Below, one piece after another: positions 9,652 through 18,668 of a stretch of 64,000 bases of DNA. The DNA comes from a virus. The translations under genes were made by a program, and so were the position numbers. Where the stretch lies: IMG/VR virus record IMGVR_UViG_3300042870_001850, positions 19,312-83,311 of that record; one strand, written 5' to 3'. The first letter of the stretch is position 1. The number at the start of each line of letters is the position of its first letter. Under the pieces are notes generated by a model. The model worked only from the letters and a program-made list of their open reading frames with translations, had not been told where the DNA came from and searched no databases.

Positions 9652-10599
9652 TTAGTCGTCAATTGTTTTCATGATCTTCAAGATCTTTTCAAAGTCAATA
9701 ATTGCGAGATGCGAAGATATATCGTCTTTGCCAAAGCTAATTACAAGTTTGTCATTTTTCATAATCATCCCATTGGCAAACTCAATGCCTGGTGAGACAA
9801 ACACAAAAGGCTCACTAATTTCTGTTGCCCAGCCTTCGTTGCTAAATCGCATTACATAGTGCTCATAATACTTTTCAACATACTCAACAATGCCAAACGT
9901 TGATCCTGAAAACTTCTGTGTCTTTCGTACTCGCAATGAATGCATCATTCCTAAATATGTGCCGTCTGGCATTTCTATTAGATGCGCGTTGCCGCGAAGC
10001 TTTGCTAGCTCTTTAGCATCTCTCATACGGTGAATAATGCGATCACCAATAACAATTCCATTGCTGTCATAGACGTAGTCAAACTTCTTAGGCTTTTTAG
10101 ACGCGGTCATCCAGTTCTTTTCTGGGCGTTTTGCATCGTAGCCTTGAAGTATCTCTATATGAGTAACTTCAGTAGCAGCAGCGTTTAAGTAGCAGACACA
10201 GTTCCGTGCAATAGGAGTATTCCTTTCAAGAAACACTGCAGTAAACACCCACTTCCCATCTCTCCATAAGAGCTTAGGGTCTTCGACTCCTCTTGGTACA
10301 TCAATACCGGCGCCTGAAAAATCGATCTTTCGTAAGTTCTCAAGTCCCCACTCGCTATTTAGTTCAGCAAACCAAACTTGATTACGAATAGGCCCGCCTG
10401 TTGTTACGCTTAACTCACCGTGTTCAAGAATCACATAATTGCTAGAGCGAAATGCAACAGCGCAGTTTCCTTTGTCATCTATTCCAATTGACGGATTAAA
10501 CGCAGACCAAGTCTTTACATTTCTATCTACAAGTCTTCTGAGATACTTAATCTCTCCGCCAAGGTCCTCAAACGTAGATACCAACGGGGTGCCTTTCAA
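9652..10599 (-). CDS. Beta-propeller glycosidase/phosphorylase-like protein (GH130/GH43-like)
   Basis: AFNPSI, GVEDPKL, EKNWM, GIEFANG, ISFGKDD motifs. Confidence 0.65.
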   Translation of the reverse strand: MKGTPLVSTFEDLGGEIKYLRRLVDRNVKTWSAFNPSIGIDDKGNCAVAFRSSNYVILEHGELSVTTGGPIRNQVWFAELNSEWGLENLRKIDFSGAGIDVPRGVEDPKLLWRDGKWVFTAVFLERNTPIARNCVCYLNAAATEVTHIEILQGYDAKRPEKNWMTASKKPKKFDYVYDSNGIVIGDRIIHRMRDAKELAKLRGNAHLIEMPDGTYLGMMHSLRVRKTQKFSGSTFGIVEYVEKYYEHYVMRFSNEGWATEISEPFVFVSPGIEFANGMIMKNDKLVISFGKDDISSHLAIIDFEKILKIMKTIDD

Positions 10600-11389
10600 C
10601 TACTCCAGAAACCTTTGTGCCAATTGCCAAAAGATTATCTCCAACATTTTCAATGGTAAACCCGGCTTTTTGCAGACGATTAACTTCGTATGTTAGACCG
10701 TCTTCAAATAAGTCTTCAGTCCAAACGTTTGCGTCAAATCCAGCGCTACGCAGAACGTGCAGCAAACTTCTGCACGAGTACTCATAGTTATGACGATGGT
10801 ACTCACGATTCTTATGATACTGCATGTAAAAATATGGCTCGGTGCCTTGGAGCATTTTAGTTATCCCACGAGAACTTACAACATTAGGAGTAGTAAGAAT
10901 AACTTTTCCATTAGTTTTTAAGACTCTGTTGACTTCGCTAAGCATATACATTGGGTCAATCTCCATATGTTCAAGCACCTCACAGCAAAGAACAATGTCG
11001 TACGTCTCGTCTTCAGCCGGAATCACGTCATACTCAAGATCAATACCGAATGCAGTCACTGTCACAGACTGACCAGATAGCTCGTACGCAACCTGACTAA
11101 CGTGATCTTTCACAAAGCTTTCTACAAGTGTCCACGCGTTGTCATAGTTAGTTACATCAATAGTGACGCCTGGAAAAAGCGACTTTAGCGCAATAGGAAA
11201 AAGTCCAGTCGTGCCAAGCTCAAGAATTCTGCATGTCCCGCCGTATTCCTGAATAGTGTCTTTTACCATTTGAAAGGTTCTAGCAAAACGTGCAGCATGA
11301 GTACGATGATACTCATCACTATTGTCAATAAGTGGCTTAACGATACTCACTATTTCTTTGTCTATATCAAGATACGGGTGAGACTTCAT
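10568..11389 (-). CDS. Class I SAM-dependent methyltransferase
   Basis: ILELGT, YDIVLCCEVLEH, RVLKTNGKVILTTPN, HNYEYS. Confidence 0.85.
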   Translation of the reverse strand: MKSHPYLDIDKEIVSIVKPLIDNSDEYHRTHAARFARTFQMVKDTIQEYGGTCRILELGTTGLFPIALKSLFPGVTIDVTNYDNAWTLVESFVKDHVSQVAYELSGQSVTVTAFGIDLEYDVIPAEDETYDIVLCCEVLEHMEIDPMYMLSEVNRVLKTNGKVILTTPNVVSSRGITKMLQGTEPYFYMQYHKNREYHRHNYEYSCRSLLHVLRSAGFDANVWTEDLFEDGLTYEVNRLQKAGFTIENVGDNLLAIGTKVSGVVERHPVGIYV

Positions 11390-11476
11390 TGTACTATTCT
11401 ACACTGTAGACAAAAATGAAGGTCAAAGAAACAAGCTATAATTCCCTTTAGTCCCTAGCACACGGAGCGATCTATT

Positions 11477-12007
11477 ATGCCACGCAAGTACCCTTACTAC
11501 CCTTCATTTGACGGTAAAGGAGCCCAACCGGGAACTGAAAAGCTCGTTGAACTATGCGCAAAACGCTGGAAGACCAAGAACATGGGAATCTATGTTGCTC
11601 GTCTTATGCGCAACTCTCATACTGAAGGCAAGAAAATGAGCGATCCTGGCATGGAAAAGTGGATGAGCGTTCATGCCACTGGCGCAGCCTGTGACATTGG
11701 CTACCCTGATCGTAAAACTGGCGTTGCTATGTGGGATTGGTTCCTTGCAAACACAGAAGCTCTTGGAATTGTTGAAATCCACGACTACGCGTATGACGCA
11801 ACAGCAACAGACAAAAAGCCCGGCTATGGTCGGGGCTTCCGCTGCTCACGCGGTGAAGGCGCTAAAGGCGTCAAGATCTTTACTGCTGACGACAACGCTG
11901 GCTCATTCGGCGGACAGTGGCTGCACATCGAGCTTGATCAAACAATGGCAAAAGATGCCGCAAAGTTTGAAGCTGCATGGCGGGCAATTCCTAAGCCTGG
12001 CGCATAA
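11477..12007 (+). CDS. Putative endolysin, Zn-peptidase (M15/LAS-like)
   Basis: R...SVHATGAACD and WLHIE (HxxxxxxD...HxE-type ligands); followed by a holin-like gene. Confidence 0.7.
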   Translation: MPRKYPYYPSFDGKGAQPGTEKLVELCAKRWKTKNMGIYVARLMRNSHTEGKKMSDPGMEKWMSVHATGAACDIGYPDRKTGVAMWDWFLANTEALGIVEIHDYAYDATATDKKPGYGRGFRCSRGEGAKGVKIFTADDNAGSFGGQWLHIELDQTMAKDAAKFEAAWRAIPKPGA

Positions 12008-12258
12008 TGAACGAGGTAGTCGTCGCGCTAATCGGCGGACTTAGTCTTGTCATTGTTGCAATGATTCAAACAGGTAGAAAAACTGGAAAAGCCCGCTGGG
12101 AAGAAAACAAAGCAGACCATAACTTTGTAGTTGAAAAGATTGATCAACTAGGTAAGTCTCTCGGGCGTTCAGTTGATCGCATAGAAAAGACTGCTGAACG
12201 AACAGAAGTAAAGCTTGACACGCACATAAATGACCATCTGACTGGAAAGCTAGATTAG
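12007..12258 (+). CDS. Holin-like / lysis-associated membrane protein
   Basis: N-terminal TM, coiled coil, C-terminal DTHINDH; coupled to the putative endolysin. Confidence 0.6.
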   Translation: MNEVVVALIGGLSLVIVAMIQTGRKTGKARWEENKADHNFVVEKIDQLGKSLGRSVDRIEKTAERTEVKLDTHINDHLTGKLD

Positions 12259-12263
12259 TTCTT

Positions 12264-12488
12264 ATGGGCAAAAAGAAGAAGTCAAGCGGAGGTGGCGGCT
12301 CTACAGGTAGAGTTCGCATTAACCCAATCACTGGTCAAACTGAGACAGTTCCAGGAACTCGCTCGGGAAGAAAACGCAATCGCCTTCAGTTTGGCGATCC
12401 ACTTCGCACACACGATCTTAAAGCGCCAGGCTCACGCAAAAAGCGTCACGAAGACCTGATGAAAAGAAACGACAAAGAAAAGCAGTAA
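12264..12488 (+). CDS. Small basic protein
   Basis: K/R-rich 74-aa ORF. Confidence 0.55.
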   Translation: MGKKKKSSGGGGSTGRVRINPITGQTETVPGTRSGRKRNRLQFGDPLRTHDLKAPGSRKKRHEDLMKRNDKEKQ

Positions 12489-12520
12489 CAGCAAACTCTA
12501 AATGACACACGAGCATCACA

Positions 12521-12647
12521 GTGCCGTCGATTAGAGAAAGGATTAACAATAGGGACGGCTGAAAAGTTACAACCCTAGCGTTTACAAAACCTAAGCGCTA
12601 CCTTAGGACGGGGCGGACCACCGGTGCGGAGGTGACGGTGGTCTCCC
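12521..12647 (+). other. Intergenic tandem stem-loops (candidate structured RNA or terminator)
   Basis: GCCGTC/GACGGC, TAGCGTTT/AAGCGCTA and GGACCACCG/CGGTGGTCT stems between convergent genes. Confidence 0.45.
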
Positions 12648-12650
12648 TTC

Positions 12651-13235
12651 CTAATCAGTTTCCCAAGGCTTGATCGGTTGATCGCCTGGTTCCCAGTCGT
12701 CAGGTACTGGCCAATCTTCTCCACGGTAGACGTGTGATCCAAATGGAATGTCATCGTGACATAAACTTTTCATTGGGCGCGTTGGTGGCTTGAATTCGCC
12801 AGTTGGTCTTATCCAACCAGTAGCATATGTTCTTATCCAAACGAGTGCTTGCTCTTTTGAAGTAGCGTCTTGCGGACGCTTAGCAAACTCTGCACCGCCC
12901 CACTGAAGCCATGTTGACTGTTTAGCAGAATAGTCTTTGTATACTTTGTTTGACTTGTGCATAAATCCAAAGCCACCGGCGTATTCACCACGGTCACTCC
13001 AGCCTTGACGTGTCTCGCACCATGCAACGTATAGCAAGTGCTTAAAGCTTGGTATCTTTTTACCAAGAACCTCATCGAGGATATCCGGCTGTTTGTCCAT
13101 GACCAGTAGTTTTTTACTGTAGTCAATAGCGACGGCCGGAACTTTTGATTCTGTTGTTACTTTATTGTCTAAAACTCTGGTTGACCCAGAGATAAGTAGA
13201 ACGACGCTCGCCCAAATGACGAGCAAAGCCTTCAA
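12651..13235 (-). CDS. Rpf-like (resuscitation-promoting factor) transglycosylase with signal anchor
   Basis: VAWCET...YAGGFGF...STWLQWGG...PQDATSKEQ matches the Rpf consensus (AQCES...YGGLQF...TW..YGG...A+REEQ). Confidence 0.7.
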   Translation of the reverse strand: MKALLVIWASVVLLISGSTRVLDNKVTTESKVPAVAIDYSKKLLVMDKQPDILDEVLGKKIPSFKHLLYVAWCETRQGWSDRGEYAGGFGFMHKSNKVYKDYSAKQSTWLQWGGAEFAKRPQDATSKEQALVWIRTYATGWIRPTGEFKPPTRPMKSLCHDDIPFGSHVYRGEDWPVPDDWEPGDQPIKPWETD

Positions 13236-13287
13236 GATACTTCACCTTGATAGACGGATATTACTGTACAAGTGTTCATGATACTTC

Positions 13288-13974
13288 CTAACGTGACTTG
13301 TATACTCGCCAATTACCTAGACCACCCTTAGAGTTGTCCATAATGTACTTAGCGACTTTAAGATTGCAATCGAGATCAAGCAGAACCTTGAGGTTGCCGC
13401 GCTCTGAATTGCATACTTGGGAAACAACTGTCTTCCAAGACGAGTTGATTTGTAAAAGGCCAGAGTCATACGATCCGTCTTTGTTTAGTGTCCAGACAAT
13501 CTTGCCGTTTTTCCAAATAGCGTTAATTGCGCCGACTCTGCAGCGGCTTTCGCGATACGCAATGTACGAAAATACTTCAACAGGCTCAAGCCCTGCTGCA
13601 CGAATTCTGTCTTCAAACTTTGGACATCTACGCTCTTTACTTTGCGGTATGCCATACTGCTTTGCCACTGACACAAACGGAAGCGCTGGAAGAACACTGA
13701 GTGACACTCCAGCGGCCTCCACGGCCTTCTTATGAGCCTTATAGGTCTGCTTGCCGTAGATACCGTCTTGGTACACTCCGTTGCCTAGCGCTTTTTGAAG
13801 TTTCAGAACGCGATTGCTTTTTTCGCCAAACTTATATTTTATAGTAAGAATGTCAGCAGCAGGAATAGTAACAACTGAAGCCTCAGTTGAGATTGTCGTT
13901 GCGTCTCTAGCCTGTACTTGATGAATACCAAGTACAGAACATAGAAAGAATAATAGTAAACCAGTAGTCTTCAT
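13288..13974 (-). CDS. Secreted SLT lytic transglycosylase with peptidoglycan-binding domain
   Basis: Signal peptide; LQKALG..DGIYGKQT (PG-binding); IAYRESRC, GSYDSGLLQIN. Confidence 0.85.
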   Translation of the reverse strand: MKTTGLLLFFLCSVLGIHQVQARDATTISTEASVVTIPAADILTIKYKFGEKSNRVLKLQKALGNGVYQDGIYGKQTYKAHKKAVEAAGVSLSVLPALPFVSVAKQYGIPQSKERRCPKFEDRIRAAGLEPVEVFSYIAYRESRCRVGAINAIWKNGKIVWTLNKDGSYDSGLLQINSSWKTVVSQVCNSERGNLKVLLDLDCNLKVAKYIMDNSKGGLGNWRVYKSR

Positions 13975-14150
13975 GATGGGTGCAGTCCTCCTAGGAGAAA
14001 GGTGTCGGGCTGTTGCAGTAATTATACCCCGATAGATCTATTACACGGGTATTGTCAGCCACAATCGTGCTCTGGCCTATGGCCAGTATGGAAAAAAACT
14101 TTGCGAAAAAGTGCTAAAAAACAGCAAGTTTACAGGAAATTACATCCAGA

Positions 14151-14474
14151 TTACGAAGATATTCTAGTTGTTGTCTCTATAAAAGAAAGACCAGAAGCGG
14201 CCGTCGCTTCAAGTAAGTACGTTCGGCCTTTATACTTTTCGGCATCAATTATTCTGCCGGGCTTTATTTCTATACTGGTGTTAGAAAAACGCACAACGCC
14301 ACTAGAGAAACGCATAACGCCGTAACCACTTGTAATAGCAACAGCTGAAGAAAATCCTCCAGGAGCTTGGACAGTGTACGTCTTGCCTCGGTCAAGGTAA
14401 ACGCGTTTCACAGAGACTCCAAAGTCAGTGTAAAGGTCTTCTAGGTGTCCCCAGTCATGATTCTCGTGTTCCAT
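14151..14474 (-). CDS. Hypothetical protein (possibly cupin-like)
   Basis: Leaderless promoter TAGAAT-6nt-ATG; DWGH start; beta-rich. Confidence 0.55.
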   Translation of the reverse strand: MEHENHDWGHLEDLYTDFGVSVKRVYLDRGKTYTVQAPGGFSSAVAITSGYGVMRFSSGVVRFSNTSIEIKPGRIIDAEKYKGRTYLLEATAASGLSFIETTTRISS

Positions 14475-14552
14475 GATTCTATTCTACAAGATTATGCAAC
14501 TAGAAGTGTAACATTGTATGAATTTGATCAAAACTCGTAGTATAGTCTGATT

Positions 14553-14654
14553 ATGAGAAAAAACACGGCAAAAACGTCATCTAACAAGATGAAGCGGGCC
14601 ATCAAAAACAAGAAAAGGATCGCCCAGAAGAAAAATAAGTATCAGCCAGTTTAG
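14553..14654 (+). CDS. Tiny Lys-rich peptide (33 aa)
   Basis: MRKNTAKTSSNKMKRAIKNKKRIAQKKNKYQPV, preceded by TATAGT-6nt-ATG. Confidence 0.45.
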   Translation: MRKNTAKTSSNKMKRAIKNKKRIAQKKNKYQPV

Positions 14655-14789
14655 GCTGATCAAACCCTTACTGGACAAGGGTTCTATTCATACAGCATTA
14701 ACATTAAAGTTGTATGTTTGCTTTTGTACAGAAAGCCCGGAAACCCTTTGATACCAATGTATTCATCACGAGCCCCCAAGGAGCCAAAA

Positions 14790-15467
14790 ATGATCGTAAT
14801 CGACAGCTTTTTAGATCAAAGCACATACGAAGAGGTTCTTCAAGATCCAATATTCTTTCCAGAATCAATGGGAGACGGAGAAAAGATTGCCGCAGAGCTA
14901 AACTCTTATCACTACGAGCAATCAAGCTGCTACGCTCCTTATATGTTCTGGGACGGCTGGTGGAGAAGTCCGGCGAATACTCTTAAGAAGAGAGTTGTTC
15001 AGTCAATCTGGGAAAATCATCTTAAAGCTCCTCAAGAAGACATTCTTGGCTTTGAGTACTGGACAAGAACATTTGCGGCTGGCCAGTACTTAGATCTACA
15101 TGTAGATGAAGATACTTTTATGTACGAGGAAACAAAAACATTTCAAGGACCATTTGACGGCTGCATCTTCTACGGGGCTGACAACCGTGAAGGCGGATTT
15201 GTAGAGATCCACTCTTCTAGTCCTCAACTGGTCAATGGGGCAGAGCTCGGGCTGGAACGAGAAACTCTTGACAAGGTCCAGTCACCTCTCGAGGATAGAG
15301 AAAGAATTGCCTACCGAGGCAATCGCCTAGTGATCTTTGACACCGGACATGTTCTTCACGCCACAACACCGGCCAAGTCTGGGATACGACAAGTCATGGT
15401 TATAAATGTTTGGCACAGAGACAATCCGCCCACAGCTCTAAGCAAAGGGACTTTTTACTATGAATAG
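14790..15467 (+). CDS. 2OG-Fe(II) oxygenase
   Basis: SD AAGGAG; LHVDED...NRLVIFD..VLH...R. Confidence 0.8.
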   Translation: MIVIDSFLDQSTYEEVLQDPIFFPESMGDGEKIAAELNSYHYEQSSCYAPYMFWDGWWRSPANTLKKRVVQSIWENHLKAPQEDILGFEYWTRTFAAGQYLDLHVDEDTFMYEETKTFQGPFDGCIFYGADNREGGFVEIHSSSPQLVNGAELGLERETLDKVQSPLEDRERIAYRGNRLVIFDTGHVLHATTPAKSGIRQVMVINVWHRDNPPTALSKGTFYYE

Positions 15468-16101
15468 AGAAATCAAGAACGTTTCGTTGGTCTCGCAATT
15501 AGTGCATGTCACAAAACTAGAAGACATCGATCACGACCAGGTTGCATCAGACATCGAGCTGTATGCTGTTGGGATCAAGCAAGAGTCACCAGAATACGGT
15601 TGGATAAGCAGAGGATTTGTCCAGCACGAGGACCTCGTCATGCCAGTGACACCAGAGATAACAAAGCTCGAATCTGCAATTCTTGAAACTGTCAAGCAAA
15701 TGACAACTCGCGACTACAAAATTGACGACATGTGGGCGGTCAAGCTTGTGAAAAATCAAAGTGTAATCGCGCATAGCCATCATTCAAATTCTCACGTCCA
15801 TCCTGAAGAGTACTATTCAGTCGCGTACTACCCACAAGCACCACAAGGATCTGCTGAGCTTATTTTTTCTGCGAACTGGTGCGGAGTCATGCAGACAAAT
15901 GTGCCAGTGATACCCGAAAAAGGAAAGCTTGTCGTGTTTAATTCGTACATAACACACATGACGGCCCGGCATAGCATTGATGAACCGCGACTAGTCGTAA
16001 GCATGAATTTAGCGCCTGTTGTTCCAAACATCGATCCCAACGCTGACTGGTCAGTTTACTGGAACAGACCCATCATTGACAATCCGAAACTAGTTAAGTA
16101 A
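15460..16101 (+). CDS. Putative 2OG-Fe(II) oxygenase (TIGR02466-like, HxH type)
   Basis: MWAV...AHSH...SVAYYP...PEKGKLVVFNSYITH...RLVVSMN. Confidence 0.75.
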   Translation: MNREIKNVSLVSQLVHVTKLEDIDHDQVASDIELYAVGIKQESPEYGWISRGFVQHEDLVMPVTPEITKLESAILETVKQMTTRDYKIDDMWAVKLVKNQSVIAHSHHSNSHVHPEEYYSVAYYPQAPQGSAELIFSANWCGVMQTNVPVIPEKGKLVVFNSYITHMTARHSIDEPRLVVSMNLAPVVPNIDPNADWSVYWNRPIIDNPKLVK

Positions 16102-16784
16102 TGAGCGCGAAAAGTGCACGTAAAGAAATCGCTCTTCTCTATGCAAGAGTGTCTACGCAGATGCAAGTCAATGATGGAATGTCACTCGATGCGCAAGAAA
16201 GAGATCTTAAAAGAGCAGCAGAGCACGCAGGTTTTACTGAGTTTGAAATACTGCGCGAAGAAGGTCGATCAGGCAAATCAATCAAAGGACGCCCCGTTTT
16301 AAGTGCGGCTTTAGCTAAACTCGACAAAGGTGAAGCAGCAGCTATCTTTGTTACTCGTATTGACAGACTCGCAAGATCGACTCAAGACTTTCTTAGCATT
16401 GTCGACAGAGCAAACAGCAACAACTGGCGTATTGTAATGCTCGATCTCAATTTAGATACAGCGTCGTACCAGGGAAGATTTGTTGTAACAATCATGAGTG
16501 CACTTGCAGAAATGGAACGCGCTATCATTGCTGAACGTCAAAAAGACGTGCACAGAGACCGCAGAGAAAAAGGAAAGGTTTGGGGTGTTGACCTTGGCTT
16601 AAAGACAAAAGTATCTGCTGAAGTCAGACTGCAAATCTCAGAGTACAGAAGTCTTGGCATGTCGTATGGCAAGATAGCAGAAAAGCTCAATGAAGAGAAT
16701 ATCCCACCGACGCGTGGAGCTAAGTGGTACGCATCGACTATTCACAGCTTGGTGAACAATCTAAAAGACAAAGGATCTATTTAG
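16101..16784 (+). CDS. Serine recombinase (resolvase/invertase catalytic domain plus C-terminal DNA-binding domain)
   Basis: YARVST, SGKS..GRP, DRLARS, AEMER; C-terminal IAEKLN...GAKWYASTI. Confidence 0.92.
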   Translation: MSAKSARKEIALLYARVSTQMQVNDGMSLDAQERDLKRAAEHAGFTEFEILREEGRSGKSIKGRPVLSAALAKLDKGEAAAIFVTRIDRLARSTQDFLSIVDRANSNNWRIVMLDLNLDTASYQGRFVVTIMSALAEMERAIIAERQKDVHRDRREKGKVWGVDLGLKTKVSAEVRLQISEYRSLGMSYGKIAEKLNEENIPPTRGAKWYASTIHSLVNNLKDKGSI

Positions 16785-17535
16785 ATTCCATTTTCTTGCG
16801 AATCTCTGTTGCAGAAATAGCTTCAATGTCGGCACCAAGCTCTACTTGCTCAATCTTGTAACCAACGTCGCGTCCATAAACAATGTTTGTAATGTTTGGC
16901 ATCATTGTCACAAAAGCATCTGGAAGATCTTCTAAGATTAGCTCTTTCACTCTGGTATACTCAAATGGATCTTTATCGGACACTCCGCCAGTATCTCGTA
17001 CGCCGATAACAACTTGATTGCCACGCTTCTTTGCTTCTTCGTAGAGTGCTCTGTGACCAGCGTGCCACGGCTGGTATCGGCCAAGCATAAGCGTTGTTGG
17101 CGCTTTCCAGCAATGTATCTTCATTAGATTAAAACAAAGATCGCCTTCTTGCTTTACAGTAAGGCCGTTGTTAATCTTTAAGTCGTACTCGTCTATAGAA
17201 AGATCTTGCCACATGCGGTTCGTGTCTTCATAGCGACCTTCGTCAATTCTGTTTACCCAGAACGTGAAGTCGGCTTTGCCAAACACCTTACGAGTTTCTT
17301 TTGTCGGACATACAAAGTCTACAATACATAGCTTATCTTGAGAGCTAATCAAACGCGCAATTGCGCCAAGTCTGCGAGCCTGCTCTAAACGGTCTGTTGT
17401 TGTAAAGCCTAGGTCGCTACTGAGATCAGCACGTACAACATCCGCGTTGAGATGAATTGCTCCGCTTCGAGCTACAAGTTCTTCCGCTAGTGCAGTTTTA
17501 CCTGCGCCCGGCAGACCTACAATTAAAATGATCAC
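16777..17535 (-). CDS. Adenylylsulfate-kinase-like domain fused to a HIGH-family nucleotidyltransferase
   Basis: GLPGAGKT P-loop, LNADVVRADL..DLGF...DR.EQARR (CysC-like); C-terminal GRYQPWHAGH...ISATEIR. Confidence 0.8.
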   Translation of the reverse strand: MIILIVGLPGAGKTALAEELVARSGAIHLNADVVRADLSSDLGFTTTDRLEQARRLGAIARLISSQDKLCIVDFVCPTKETRKVFGKADFTFWVNRIDEGRYEDTNRMWQDLSIDEYDLKINNGLTVKQEGDLCFNLMKIHCWKAPTTLMLGRYQPWHAGHRALYEEAKKRGNQVVIGVRDTGGVSDKDPFEYTRVKELILEDLPDAFVTMMPNITNIVYGRDVGYKIEQVELGADIEAISATEIRKKMESK

Positions 17536-17558
17536 TGCTGCTCCAAAGGGACAAGGTT

Positions 17559-17688
17559 GAGTTGGGCGGGCGAATCATTTGCCGTGCCTCGGCCCACCCA
17601 ACTCTAAACGTCTCTCTCCCAAGACGTTACACCTATGATTAGAATAGTATCTTGACTTGGCGGCAGAAAGTGTAATTGCCAACAAGAT
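17559..17688. other. Second intergenic cluster of stem-loops
   Basis: 13-bp stem 17559-17571/17592-17604; AACGTCT/AGACGTT 17607-17628; ATCTTG..TTGGC/GCCAA-CAAGAT 17649-17688. Confidence 0.45.
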
Positions 17689-17736
17689 TTATAAATAGAC
17701 GACGGCGGCAGCAACATAGCGTGTCTTTGGTCCTGA

Positions 17737-18489
17737 CTACTTAAAGTAGTACCCACCGGACTCCCATTTGGCATAGCGTTTAGCGTCTTCATCCATGCTG
17801 GAGAAAATAGTAGACGCATCGGGTTGAAGATCTTCTTGATCCTTGTGAGCGTAGTTGTTACAGTAGTGCCCGATGATCGACATGCGAGTTGCGTCTTTCT
17901 TTTGAGGAATAGTTCCACGGTGGACAAGGCGACCGTGCCACACAAGAACATCGCCACGCTTTGCTAAGAAAGTAAAAGTCTCTCCTTTGCGCTTTTCAAT
18001 TTCTTCAAGTAAGTACTCATAAGATCCATAGGTGCCTTCATAGACGTTATCGCCAATGGCATAGAGCTTTGCAAAATCAAGATCCCATAAATGAGATCCA
18101 ATGATTAACTCGAACGGACCAGACTCTGGAGTCACGTCTTCAAGAGCAACCCAAACGCCAATATAGTTTTCTGCAGCGATCTCGTTATCCAGCGCTGAGT
18201 CGTGGTGCCACCCCATCGTCGTTGATGTCCCGTAAGTGCGACTCGAGTGAAGGGCCACTCCTCGGTTGATCTCAGCAAAGACTTCGTGAATGCTTGAGTG
18301 ACAAAGAATATCCATAATCTCCGTATGCTCAAGGTACGAGTCCCACTTATTCCACCCGACAAGAAGACCTTGTTCGTCACGAACATCGCCAACCTCGGCA
18401 TGCCACTTGTCTTCGTACTTCTTTAGAAGCTCTTCAGGTATGGAGTTCTGTAAAACAAAAAATCCATTGTCTTCGTAAAACTTATTCAT
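17737..18489 (-). CDS. PhyH-family 2OG-Fe(II) dioxygenase (paralogue of 3023..3703)
   Basis: WHHD, GVWVALED..SGPFELIIGSHLW, GDVLVWHGRLVHRG, IIGHY. Confidence 0.87.
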   Translation of the reverse strand: MNKFYEDNGFFVLQNSIPEELLKKYEDKWHAEVGDVRDEQGLLVGWNKWDSYLEHTEIMDILCHSSIHEVFAEINRGVALHSSRTYGTSTTMGWHHDSALDNEIAAENYIGVWVALEDVTPESGPFELIIGSHLWDLDFAKLYAIGDNVYEGTYGSYEYLLEEIEKRKGETFTFLAKRGDVLVWHGRLVHRGTIPQKKDATRMSIIGHYCNNYAHKDQEDLQPDASTIFSSMDEDAKRYAKWESGGYYFK

Positions 18490-18661
18490 TAGTTCTCGTT
18501 ATCTCTGTAATAACTTTAATTATAAACTGTTCTACAGTAGTACCAGTGACTGCCGCGGCAGTTTCCATTAAACGGATCTCTTCAGATGTGAGACGAACTA
18601 CAGCAAACTTTTTGCCAGTTTTAGCAGAGCGAAACACAAGGCGGTGTCGTCTAATCTTCAT
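18482..18661 (-). CDS. Small protein, possibly ribbon-helix-helix (59 aa)
   Basis: Manual translation MKIRRHRLVF...VVRLTSEEIRLMETAAAVTGTTVEQFI. Confidence 0.5.
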   Translation of the reverse strand: MKIRRHRLVFRSAKTGKKFAVVRLTSEEIRLMETAAAVTGTTVEQFIIKVITEITRTNE

Positions 18662-18668
18662 TTAGAAC

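Noticed and set aside
13975-14150. c-di-AMP (ydaO) riboswitch upstream of the transglycosylases
   Set aside because: The apparent leader after TATAAT is only ~45 nt and I could not see the consensus elements.
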